Assembly (NCBI GenBank): GCA_963422365.1
Contig: OY729426.1
Span: 64,001-128,000, forward strand
DNA length: 64,000 nucleotides
Origin: Nitrospirales bacterium
Lineage (GTDB): Bacteria > Nitrospirota > Nitrospiria > Nitrospirales > UBA8639
Reading direction: 5' to 3'
The notes under the pieces are model-generated. The model worked only from the letters and a program-made list of their open reading frames with translations. It searched no databases and was not told where the DNA came from. Within the stretch, counting starts at the first letter, position 1. Every line of letters starts with the position of its first letter. A program made the translations under genes and the position numbers. Shown one piece after another: positions 53,080-62,179 of this stretch.

Positions 53080-53256
53080 ATCTATTCGTCAGAAATGACG
53101 AACCTGGACAAGAGAGCATTCAACATATCGAATAATGATTTTCCGAATACCTGATGGAGTCCGGCTCGCAGCCAAGATAAATCCTTCCCCTGTTGAGCAA
53201 ACGGGAATTTCTCCAGCCAATACACCAAAGCCAGCTTTACACGCTGCGTGAGAGTC

Positions 53257-53530
53257 CAACCAATCGTGCCGGCGGCACTCGGCGCGGCCAGCGGTTTTGC
53301 CTCAGTGAGAGTCCTCACTCTCTACATCAATAGCCTGCAAGTGAGTGAGCACTATGCGCGGTCGGAACTCCTGTAGCTGGTTTGTCCTCTAGCGATCTAT
53401 TGGTTAGGACGTATGGCGCTGCTTGCCAATCACGGGCTCGTTGCTGATGACCCGCTAATCTTCGCCTTGAACGACCGCACCAGTTGGCTGAACAGTGTCG
53501 GGATTTTAGCTGTTAGTGGTGGCGCTCTAA
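53257..53530 (+). pseudogene. UbiA-family prenyltransferase C-terminal fragment
   Basis: LGAASGFASVRVLTLYINS...ELL*LVCPLAIYWLGRMALLANHG...DDPLIFALNDRTS; TAG at 53374 where Trp is expected. Confidence 0.65.
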
Positions 53531-53603
53531 TGGCCAGCGGCATGAAGCTCTCTGGCCGTGGCCGTTATCCTGTGCTCAATTGTCGGGTAGAGCACCTGCG
53601 TGA

Positions 53604-53924
53604 GCCTTACGGGCGTTGGTTGACGAAAACCGCTTCGGCCTTGCCTCCCACCAGGTCGATGTCTTCATTCTGGAACCCGGCACGGATCGTTACCTCGATC
53701 GGCTCTGCGATTAAAACCCCTGCCCCAAAGGCAAACCGGAATGCAGGACACCAGGCTGCGGGAACGTCAATTTCTGGCGCCGGCATGAGGAATTCCGATG
53801 GTGGCCTGAGACCCTCGCGGACAGCCGCTCCGTCCGGCTCTTCGACCGCGCCACGGAATCGCACCGCCTCGCCGACGATGTGCCGCTTCCCTGCGACAGC
53901 AGACACGATGCCCCGTCGCAATGA
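53604..53924 (+). pseudogene. Cys-rich hypothetical protein fragment
   Basis: HQVDVFILEPGTDRYLDRLCD*NPCPKGKPECRTPGCG..., GC-rich third positions, internal TAA at 53712. Confidence 0.4.
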
Positions 53925-54197
53925 GCGATCGAGTCTCGTGGTTGGCCGATAGTCTCATGTACGGTCCAGGCTAAGATCAAGCGCGCCGTTTCCGACCGCA
54001 TCTGCGGTGGCTGGCCAGCCGGCAGCGAAGTCCCCGAGCACCATCCTGACCCGCTTCCCATCGATATCAGCCGGATCAAAGGGCTTCGCCTTGTAGAGCT
54101 TGCACCCGTAATCGGACAAAGGCGAGGCCATCAGCGGGACCGCACCAGGAGGCAGCCTCGTCGCCGGCGCTCCCGCGGCGCAGTACGCTGCCTGTGC

Positions 54198-57100
54198 CTA
54201 CCAGATCATGCGGATGGCGAGGTTCGCTCCATGCTCTGGCGTGCCGTCCCTGCTCTCGCGGCGACTGCCTTCCAGGCTCAGGTCGAGCCCCGTGCTGAGA
54301 TTGAGACGGCCGCCCACACGGTAGCGGCGACCGCCGCCGTTTCCGAACACCGCGCCGCCGTAAGGCGTGACAAGGCCCGCGCCGCCGAATGCCGGCAGGC
54401 CGTAGCCCAACTCCGCCTCGATGCGTGCGCCAGGCACATCGCCGTTCGCATCTGCCTCGCGGCCGGTCAGGCCGTCCTCCCACAGGCGCTCCATGCCGCT
54501 CCCCACCTCGCCCCAGGAGGGGGTGAGGCTCAGCGACAGGCCGCGCCCGTCCGCGCCGGGGTCGAGCCGGAGCGAACCCGATGCGCCCCATTGCCGCACG
54601 CCACCCGTGTGCGCCGCGAGCGCCCGCCCGGAGATCGCCGCAGTCAGCCCAATTTCCCTGTCGACGTAGCCCAGACCGCCGCCGATCTCGACACCGGTTC
54701 CGGTCTCCCCGTCACCGCCGTCCCAGCGCAGGCCCAGCTCCAGAGACGGCGTCAGGACTGTGTCAGGGAACAATTCGAAGTCGCGAGAGCCTTCCAGCGC
54801 CAGACGCATCCGCCAGGTCCGCACCGACAGACCCTTGATCAGGTCGCCGTTGTCGTCGACCTCGAGACGCGACCCCTGAACCTCGCTCTTCAGGTCGAAC
54901 GCCGTCGCGCCTTCCGAAACGAGCCGCCAGGCGCCGCCCGCCGCCGCCGTCAGCAGCGTCGAGTCGCTTGACTGACGGCCAGCCGCCGCATCGTTGATCT
55001 CAATCTCGCCCCTGCCGTATCCCGCCAGCGCCCACAGGCGCGAGCCGTCCGGCAGCGATAGGCCTGCATAGGGATGCACGCTCGTCATTCGGTTCTCATG
55101 CGTGCCTTTGAGCGGCGCATCGCCGCCGTTGTCGGTATAGTCGATTGAACTCTCGAACCGGGAGACCGCCACCCCAGCCCGCACGTCCTCGCCCAAAGCG
55201 GCATCGACGCCGAGATGGGCGGCGAACATGTCGCCGTCCCAGTCGACAGGGCCATCGAGCGACAGGTTCCGCCAGTCGCCTGCGCCCCAGACCGCGACCC
55301 CGCCTGACCCCGGTCTAGCGCCATCGCCGCCGTCTCCGGAGAGGCCCAGCGAGAACGACTTACCGGCCAGCGCCCGGCGCCAGGAGAAATCGCCCTCGTT
55401 CAGCGCCTGATCGTTGGCCTCCAGGAGATGTGCAAGCGATGCCAACGTCTTCGACCCCGTATTCCCCATGTCCGGCGCCACCGAGCCAAGCCGGTCCGCC
55501 ACCGCACCGGCCGTGCTGGCCGTCATGGCGCGCGCCAGCTCCGGTAGAACTACCTCGTTCACAACCCGGAGCCGCTGCCGCTTCGCCATCGCGGGGGAGA
55601 TCACTTCGATGTCGAAGGTGAGCGTGGCAGGGTCGCCGTCGGCGTCGCTCACGGTGTAGGTAAACGTTGCCTTGTCGAACACCGCTGTTGGGGTGCCAGA
55701 CAGCGTGCGTGCCGTGCTGTCGAAGGTCAGCCCGGTCGGCACGGCCGGTGACAGGCTGTAGGTCAGCGGTGCGTCGCCGCCGGTGGCCACCGGCAGTTGC
55801 AGCGTGCCGATATCAGTACCCTCGGTCCACGACTGGGCAGGGATTGCGGTGCCCTGCACGAAGGCCGGCTTGTCGCCCAGGATAACGGGGAATGTGACGG
55901 TGGTCTCGCCGGTGTTGCCTGCCTCGTCGGTGATCACGACGACCGTGTCGTGCGTATCGGGGTTGACGGTGGTTGGCCTGCCGGAGATTACGCCCGTCGT
56001 TCCGTCCAGCGCCAGGCCCGGAGGCAGGCTGCTGCCCGACTTCACCATGTAGGAGGCGATGTCGGTATCCTTCGTCGTGGGGTCGAGGTCGGCGATCGCC
56101 TGGTTCGCAATCCACGTCCCGGTCGGGTCGGTGTAGAAAACTACGGGGACGACGCCGTCCACTTTGCGCCGCGCGGACGGCACCACCGCTTCGTGATCCA
56201 GTTTGGCGTCGATGCGTATGCCGCCGCCGGCGTTGATCCAGATTTCCCCGCTGTTAAGGGCGAGCTTGTTGGCGGCGATGCTGATCCCGTCTGTGTCCAC
56301 ATCGCCAGCGTCCACCCTGTAGAAGAAGACCAGCTTCGACTCGTCGCTTTTGTCCTCGTCATAGACCGCCTGGCGGGTCCGGTTGCCGATGGTCAGTCCC
56401 ACCTTCGGCTTGCCCGTTACCATCACGCTCACGTTGAACGCGATCGCCACCTCAATCTCCTCGCCGAAGCCATACGTGTCGCCGTCCAGGGGCGCGTTGC
56501 TGAAGGAGATCGAGGACACTGCCGGCACCGACACTGTTCTGCCGTCCACCTTGCGGTTGGCGTCGGCGGCCACCGCATTGTGATCCAGTTCGGCGTCGGT
56601 GCCGTTGGTCGAGATGCTCCCGCCGTTGAGGGAGAGCGCGTTGGCGGCGATGTAGATCCCGTCTGTGTCCACATCGCCAGCCTGCACCGTGTAGAGGAAG
56701 ACCAGTGTCTTCTCCGGGGGGTCATTGGAACCCGGAGGATTATAGTAAGTCGCATACCGCTTGTCGCTGCCGATGGTCAACTCTACCCGGGGAGCGCCAG
56801 TCACCACCACCGCGATGTCGAAGACGGCCATCACTTCGATTCTCTCGCCCTGTCGGTAGGTGTCGCCGCTCGCCGGGGAGTTGTGGTAGGTGACGTATCT
56901 CACCACCGGCGCGTCTACTGCCACGCTGGCCGCCACTTCGATATCGAAGGTGAGCGTGGCGGTGTCGCCGTCGCCGTCCGTCACGGTGTAGGTGAACTGG
57001 GTCTTGCCGAGCGTCGCTGTCGGGGTGCCCGTGACCGTGCGCGCGGTTGCGTCGAAGGTCAGGCCGGTCGGCAGGGCCGGGGTCAGGCTGTAGGTCAGCG

Positions 57101-58505
57101 GCGCGTTGCCGCCGGTGGCCGCCGGCAGTTGCAGCGTGCTGATAGCCGTGCCCGCGGTCCAGGGCTGGGCAGAGATTGCGGCGCCCGACGCGAAGGCCGG
57201 CGTCAGGTCCGCCGCCACTTCGATGTCGAAGGTGAGCGTGGCGGTGTCGCCGTTGGCGTCCGTCACGGTGTAGGTGAACGAGGTCTTGCTGAACGCTGCT
57301 GTCGGCGTGCCCGTGAGCGTGCGCGCCGTTGGGTTGAAGGTCAGCCCGGTCGGCAGGGGCGTGGTCAGGCTGTAGGTCAGCGGCGCGTTGCCGCCGGTGG
57401 CCGCCGGCAGTTGCAGCGTGCTGATAGCCGTGCCGGCGGTCCAGGACGGGATAGTGATTGCGACGCCCTGCGCGAAGGCCGGCCTCGGTTCCGCCGCCAC
57501 TTCGATGTCGAAGTTGAGCGCGGCGGTGTCGCCGTCGCCGTCCGTCACGGTGTAGGTGAACTGGGTCTTGACGAGCGCCGCTGTCGGCGTGCCCGCGAGC
57601 GTGCGCGCGGTTGCGTCGAAGGTCACCCCGGTCGGCAGGGGCGTGGTCAGGCTGTAGGTCAGCGGCGCGTTGCCGCCGGTGGCCGCCGGCAGTTGCAGCG
57701 TGCTGATGGCCGTGCCCTCGGCCCAGGACTGGGCAGGGATCGATACGCCCGACGCGAAGGCCGGCGTCAGGTCCGCCACCACTTCGATGTCGAAGGTGAG
57801 CATGGCGGTGTCGTCGTTGGCGTCCGTCACGGTGTAGGTGAACGAGTTTTTGCTGAACGTCGCTGTCGGGGTGCCCGTGACCGTGCGCGCGGTTGCGTTG
57901 AAGGTCAGCCCGGTCGGCAGGGGCGGGGTCAGGCTGTAGGTCAGCGGCGCGTTGCCACCGGATGCCGCCGGCAGTAGCAGCGTGCCGATAGCCGTGCCGG
58001 CGGTCCAGGACTGGTTGACGATTGCGGCGCCCGGCGCGAAGGCCGGCGTCAGGTCCGCCACTACTTCGATGGGGAAGGTGTATCTGATGCGGTCGCCGTC
58101 GGCGTCCGTCACGGTGTAGGTGAACCGGGTCTTGCTGAACGCCGCTGTCGGCGTGCCCGTGACCGTGCGCGCGGTTGCGTCGAAGGTCACCCCGTTCGGC
58201 AGGGTCGGGGTCAGCGTGGCGCTCATCGGCAAGGGGCCGGTGACCTTTGGCAGTGGATTCGGGCCGATGTCTGCGCCCACGATCCAGGTCGTCACGGTGG
58301 TGATGGTGATGTCTCGGGTGAAGGCAAAGGCTGGCGTCAGGCTCGCCGCCACGCCAGCGAACGCCAGCAGGCCGAAAAGACCGGTCAGGAAACGGCTGGC
58401 CCGGCCGCGCCTGCATGCGCGAGGCTTCGGTTCGGCAGGCCGGCTTGCGCTCATCGTAACCGGCCTTTGGGAATGGGGTGACATACGCGTTAACTTGTTT
58501 TCCAT
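54198..58505 (-). CDS. Autotransporter adhesin with tandem putative Ig (He_PIG-like) repeats
   Basis: Signal ending PAFA; 94-aa repeats (LPTGLTFDATARTVTGTPT...TYTVTD); C-terminal beta-barrel ending in W; start near 58505/58520 (ORF-track start 58727 lies in the IS remnant). Confidence 0.88.
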   Translation of the reverse strand: MENKLTRMSPHSQRPVTMSASRPAEPKPRACRRGRASRFLTGLFGLLAFAGVAASLTPAFAFTRDITITTVTTWIVGADIGPNPLPKVTGPLPMSATLTPTLPNGVTFDATARTVTGTPTAAFSKTRFTYTVTDADGDRIRYTFPIEVVADLTPAFAPGAAIVNQSWTAGTAIGTLLLPAASGGNAPLTYSLTPPLPTGLTFNATARTVTGTPTATFSKNSFTYTVTDANDDTAMLTFDIEVVADLTPAFASGVSIPAQSWAEGTAISTLQLPAATGGNAPLTYSLTTPLPTGVTFDATARTLAGTPTAALVKTQFTYTVTDGDGDTAALNFDIEVAAEPRPAFAQGVAITIPSWTAGTAISTLQLPAATGGNAPLTYSLTTPLPTGLTFNPTARTLTGTPTAAFSKTSFTYTVTDANGDTATLTFDIEVAADLTPAFASGAAISAQPWTAGTAISTLQLPAATGGNAPLTYSLTPALPTGLTFDATARTVTGTPTATLGKTQFTYTVTDGDGDTATLTFDIEVAASVAVDAPVVRYVTYHNSPASGDTYRQGERIEVMAVFDIAVVVTGAPRVELTIGSDKRYATYYNPPGSNDPPEKTLVFLYTVQAGDVDTDGIYIAANALSLNGGSISTNGTDAELDHNAVAADANRKVDGRTVSVPAVSSISFSNAPLDGDTYGFGEEIEVAIAFNVSVMVTGKPKVGLTIGNRTRQAVYDEDKSDESKLVFFYRVDAGDVDTDGISIAANKLALNSGEIWINAGGGIRIDAKLDHEAVVPSARRKVDGVVPVVFYTDPTGTWIANQAIADLDPTTKDTDIASYMVKSGSSLPPGLALDGTTGVISGRPTTVNPDTHDTVVVITDEAGNTGETTVTFPVILGDKPAFVQGTAIPAQSWTEGTDIGTLQLPVATGGDAPLTYSLSPAVPTGLTFDSTARTLSGTPTAVFDKATFTYTVSDADGDPATLTFDIEVISPAMAKRQRLRVVNEVVLPELARAMTASTAGAVADRLGSVAPDMGNTGSKTLASLAHLLEANDQALNEGDFSWRRALAGKSFSLGLSGDGGDGARPGSGGVAVWGAGDWRNLSLDGPVDWDGDMFAAHLGVDAALGEDVRAGVAVSRFESSIDYTDNGGDAPLKGTHENRMTSVHPYAGLSLPDGSRLWALAGYGRGEIEINDAAAGRQSSDSTLLTAAAGGAWRLVSEGATAFDLKSEVQGSRLEVDDNGDLIKGLSVRTWRMRLALEGSRDFELFPDTVLTPSLELGLRWDGGDGETGTGVEIGGGLGYVDREIGLTAAISGRALAAHTGGVRQWGASGSLRLDPGADGRGLSLSLTPSWGEVGSGMERLWEDGLTGREADANGDVPGARIEAELGYGLPAFGGAGLVTPYGGAVFGNGGGRRYRVGGRLNLSTGLDLSLEGSRRESRDGTPEHGANLAIRMIW
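56935..58320 (-). repeat. Intragenic tandem array with a 282-bp period (four near-identical units plus a diverged first unit)
   Basis: ACTTCGAT anchor at 56935, 57217, 57499, 57781 and 58063; a sixth related unit near 55600-55880. Confidence 0.92.
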
Positions 58506-58632
58506 TATGCGGCCTCTCATGATGTCACTAGTTTTTGTTGAGATCATGGCGTAGATGAACACGGAACCAAAACAAAAACAAGAACAGGGTGATGCATGAT
58601 AACATAAGGTTGCTTTGCCGTTCAAAGACCAA

Positions 58633-58990
58633 AGAGTGCTCATGCTATATGGATTTGAGGCCATCAACGAGCAGTGCGAAATAGATGAAGCGGAGACCGT
58701 ATCCAGCTTATCAAAGCGCGTGAGCACCCGCCTGAACAGACGTTCGACTTCATTGACTTCTTGTAGAACTCTCGGTCATAGTCCCATGGAGCTACCCGAT
58801 TGGCCTTCGGCGGGACCAACCGGTTCAAGCCGCAGGTCAGCGACGCACCGATGGGTCTCATCGCCTGCATAGGCCCTGTCCATGACCATGGAGCACGCCG
58901 AACTCGGCAAGACAATGTTGCCCAGCAACTGATGTCTTTGCGGAGCATCTCCCGCCTGGTCCCCAGACAACGAAAACCCTGTTGCACTCT
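58633..58990 (-). mobile_element. IS5-family transposase remnant (frameshifted, truncated)
   Basis: FSLSGDQAGDAP, MDRAYAGDETH, PPKANR.APWDYDRE.YK, NEVERLFRR, TRFDKLD spread over different frames. Confidence 0.8.
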
Positions 58991-59136
58991 AATGGCTGGC
59001 GGCAGGAAACTCTGGCCGGGGCCGGTATCCGGTGCTTGATTGCCGGCTGTAGCGGCTGCTGAGCGCGAGGCGCTGCCTGGGTTGCCTGGTCACAGCGACA
59101 CCCTGATCGCCCGTGGCAACGGCAGCTCCTACGGCG

Positions 59137-59530
59137 TTGAGGTCGGCCAGCGTTGGATCCAGGTAGCGATGCGGGCGTCGAGCACGACGCTTACGCCAGC
59201 AGCTCCAGTTTCGATAGGCCCGATCCTTCTGGCGGTACAGGGAAGGTCTTGTAGGCGAGGCCGATGGAATAGCGGGAGCGGCTTTCAGGCCTCCCGCCGA
59301 CATGGCGCAGCCAAGCCATGTGCATGGCCGAGGTCAGCATCGCGAAATCCACGAGGATGGCGTTCTCCAAAACGCGCACGAGATTGCTCGGGATGGTCGG
59401 CGGCTCCAGCCAGCCGATGGGCACATACTCCCACCGCTCCGAACTCACCTCGGGAATGACCAGAAACGGCGCGGTGGGGATCGTCATGAATGCAAATTCG
59501 GTTGGAAACGATGCGAGGTTGCGGATGAGA
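59137..59530 (-). pseudogene. MmeI-like type IIL restriction-modification enzyme C-terminal fragment
   Basis: IPEVSSERWEYVPIG, LTSAMHMAWLRHVGGR, RYSIGLAYKTFP, then a stop and frameshifted VLDAR / TLADL. Confidence 0.8.
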
Positions 59531-59565
59531 GATTGTCTGCCCGTTATAACTAGACGCAATGATGC

Positions 59566-60378
59566 TTATTGGGGGGACGCGGTAATTCTGTCTTTGATTA
59601 CATCAAAGGTGGCTTTGAGCACCACTTGTTTGGAGACCAATTCTCCGCGAAGACGATAGGGACGATTGGAGACGATCTTGTCAGCTATTTCCTTGGGTAA
59701 CCCTAAAAATAACACCAGGTCATTCGCGGAAGCCGTATTGATATTGACGGGTGCCACTGTTCCATTGAAAGGAACCGCGACCGGAGGTGGGGCTGGCTTG
59801 GGTGAGCGTTTCGTAGCCACCATAGGCGGGGCTGTAGAGGCATTTTCTTTCGGTTGAATGGCCATGGCCAGAGGAGCCGGTGCCGCGCTTTTTACTTTGG
59901 CTTCACGGGCTTCTTTGAGTTCTTTCTGATAGCGGCGCACCGTATCCCGCAACGCGCGATTTTGGCTTTTTACCCGCTGATGCACACGCTGAATTTCTCC
60001 CAGTTTCCGCGCCCTCGCTTCACGGTCCCTCTGCGCCTCAGCCTCACGAATGGCGAGCAGATCTCGCTCATTTTCGTGACTTTCTCTGAGCCGTTGAATT
60101 TCAGCGCTCAGCATTTCTAAATCAAGAGCCGCCTTTTCATGGTCGGCTCGTAATTTGTTATTTTCTTGTCGAAGGGTCTCATGCCACATCAGGCTTTGTT
60201 CCAGTTCCATCTTGGCGGCTTCCATATCGGCCACGGCTTCGTCATGTTTGCTCTTGGCGACGACACAGCCTCCCAAGAATAGGCCGACACTACAGAGGAG
60301 GCTCGCTCCCCACATGCCGCACCGCCACACCCGTGTACGCCGAGTGGTCATGAGTTCGTCCGTTCTTCTCAGCATCAA
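59566..60378 (-). CDS. Coiled-coil lipoprotein with C-terminal helix-hairpin-helix (ComEA-like) domain
   Basis: Lipobox LGGC; long coiled coil; VNINTAS..L..LG....A..IV..RPY; true start probably downstream of 60378. Confidence 0.75.
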   Translation of the reverse strand: MMLRRTDELMTTRRTRVWRCGMWGASLLCSVGLFLGGCVVAKSKHDEAVADMEAAKMELEQSLMWHETLRQENNKLRADHEKAALDLEMLSAEIQRLRESHENERDLLAIREAEAQRDREARARKLGEIQRVHQRVKSQNRALRDTVRRYQKELKEAREAKVKSAAPAPLAMAIQPKENASTAPPMVATKRSPKPAPPPVAVPFNGTVAPVNINTASANDLVLFLGLPKEIADKIVSNRPYRLRGELVSKQVVLKATFDVIKDRITASPQ

Positions 60379-60556
60379 AACATTACGCCCCCGTTCGTCC
60401 GGCAGACAAAATGATTTTCTCAGGTTTTTGCCTCGCCATTATGGTATTTACTATGAAATCCTTGGTATGTTTTGTCAACAGTGCACATGGCGAGGATTCC
60501 ACCGTCATTATTGCACTGTTCCCCATATACTCACTTGTCAATCATTGTCATCACCC

Positions 60557-61432
60557 ATGGAACAATTCGGACCAGGTGTAGCAGTTCTGCTCGGCCTTTT
60601 GGAGGGACTCACAGAATATCTCCCTGTCTCGTCGACCGGCCATCTTATTCTGTTCGGGCACTGGTGGGGATTTACGGGTCGCATGGCAATCAGCGTCGAC
60701 ATTTGCATCCAGCTGGGGGCGGTGTTAGCCGTCGTTGCCTACGAGCGCACAAAAATTCTTTCCTTGCTGAGTCATGCAAACCAAGAACGGCACCTCTTGC
60801 AACGCCAGTTCCACACCCTGCCCGCCACCGCTTTCTTCACGCATCTGCTCAGGGTTTCTGCAGGTACCCACCACCATCTTTGGTTTCTCATTGGCTTGGG
60901 CGCGGCGTTCTTGCCGGCGGCGTTGGTGGGATTATTGGCTCATGAGTGGATTGAGGAGCACTTATTCTCTCCCCGAACCGTGGCCCTGAGTATCATCATT
61001 GGCGGGATCATTATTCTCATCGTAGAAATCTGGCCCAAAGCCGTTCGCTGTACGGTGTTGGAACAAATCGGCCTGTTGAGGGCCGTGGGAGTTGGACTCG
61101 CCCAGTGCGTGGCGTTGATTCCTGGGATGTCGCGCTCAGGATCGACCATTGTAGGAGGTCTTCTTTTGGGGTTGGATCGAAAAGTCGCCACGGAGTTTTC
61201 CTTCTTCCTGGCGCTTCCGACCATGTTCGCCGCCACCGGCTACAAATTCGTGCAATCGTATCATCTCTTGAACGCCCAAGACGTCCTGACGCTGATCATT
61301 GGCCTGGTGGTGTCCTTTCTGGTGGCCTGGGCCGTGATTGCGGCGTTTCTCACCTACGTCAAACGACACACGCTGAAAGTGTTCGGCTATTACCGCGTCG
61401 TGCTCGGGGCCATTATTCTCCTCCTGATTTAG
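60557..61432 (+). CDS. uppP: Undecaprenyl-diphosphate phosphatase
   Basis: EGLTEYLPVSSTGH, IQLGA, PGMSRSGSTI, EFSFFL. Confidence 0.95.
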   Translation: MEQFGPGVAVLLGLLEGLTEYLPVSSTGHLILFGHWWGFTGRMAISVDICIQLGAVLAVVAYERTKILSLLSHANQERHLLQRQFHTLPATAFFTHLLRVSAGTHHHLWFLIGLGAAFLPAALVGLLAHEWIEEHLFSPRTVALSIIIGGIIILIVEIWPKAVRCTVLEQIGLLRAVGVGLAQCVALIPGMSRSGSTIVGGLLLGLDRKVATEFSFFLALPTMFAATGYKFVQSYHLLNAQDVLTLIIGLVVSFLVAWAVIAAFLTYVKRHTLKVFGYYRVVLGAIILLLI

Positions 61433-61505
61433 GAAAGGAGGAGAGAGGCTGAGCCCACGCTGGTTGGCAGCGAATTACATCGCAACTCGATCCTTACGAT
61501 CCTTA

Positions 61506-61792
61506 TAGCATGGCGGCGAATCCGCGAGCGGATTTCCGCGCCGTTCTCGACTCATTCCTTTGACAGTTCATACGCCTTCTGTGCGTTTATCCAGAAGTCA
61601 GGGGTTCGGCCGAAATACACGCCCAGCGCGATGGCCGTCTCGGCCGTTACCCCTCGCTGATCTCATGAAGCCGCGTCGCCGGCAGGCCAATATCCCGAGC
61701 GATGCCGTTGACGGTCAACCCATAGCCTTGATCTGCTCAAGCAACAGGGCGCAGGGATGCATTGTGATACGATTCGTGGGCACATTGATCAT
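61506..61792 (-). pseudogene. higA: HigA antitoxin (HTH), frameshifted
   Basis: HP..LL / LTVNGIARDIGLPATRLHEI / RGVTAETAIALGVYFGRTPDFWINAQKAYEL across frameshifts, plus a premature TGA. Confidence 0.75.
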
Positions 61793-61826
61793 CTTCTTGC
61801 TCCGTTCCTTAATCTTAGTGATTGTT

Positions 61827-62093
61827 TCATGCCACCTTGAAGGCATCTCCATCTCTCCAGACAAAGCATCTACGCCACCCACGCGAGACACGAATGCTCT
61901 GCCGTCCTTCACGGCCGCCCTTAAGCCCTTCGAGGTGATGTCCTGACGGTATCCGAAGGTCATTGATATTGGCTGCGTAGTTGATCCGGTCCAGCTTGCT
62001 CTGCGCCCGTTTCACAAGCATTGCCGGAAAAGACCTATTTCTCACGCCGTTGAAGATATTCGCAGTACGCTTGTCGGAGAAGGACCTGATCAT
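61827..62093 (-). CDS. higB: HigB/RelE-family toxin, probably C-terminally truncated
   Basis: MIRSFSDK..., DLRIPSGHHLEGLKG...SIRV..WR.CF.W; TGA where VEIVDYH is expected (VA*NNH*). Confidence 0.75.
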   Translation of the reverse strand: MIRSFSDKRTANIFNGVRNRSFPAMLVKRAQSKLDRINYAANINDLRIPSGHHLEGLKGGREGRQSIRVSRGWRRCFVWRDGDAFKVA

Positions 62094-62179
62094 ACAATTC
62101 GCCCATTACGATAAAACGTAATACGACAAAAATACAAGAGGACGCTCAGCTCGCCAAGAATTCCAAAAAATTCTGCTGC

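Noticed and set aside
53082..53318. 78-aa minus-strand ORF in the island
   Set aside because: Its 5' part overlaps the UbiA fragment on the other strand and the rest was not recognisable; may be another fragment
56935..58320. Possible CRISPR array or DGR template/variable repeats
   Set aside because: The 282-bp units are in-frame protein domains with no spacers; no cas or reverse transcriptase gene in the window
55797..58416. Long ORFs 55797..57977 (+) and 56740..58416 (-)
   Set aside because: Arg/Gly/His-rich shadow frames of the GC-rich repetitive autotransporter
58521..58727. N-terminal extension of the autotransporter in the ORF track
   Set aside because: Begins in the IS5 remnant (LTRFDKLD) and crosses AT-rich intergenic DNA; the signal peptide fits a start near 58505-58520
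58633..58990. AGAGTGC / GCACTCT as IS terminal inverted repeats
   Set aside because: Only 7 bp, and one copy falls within the transposase coding remnant; likely chance
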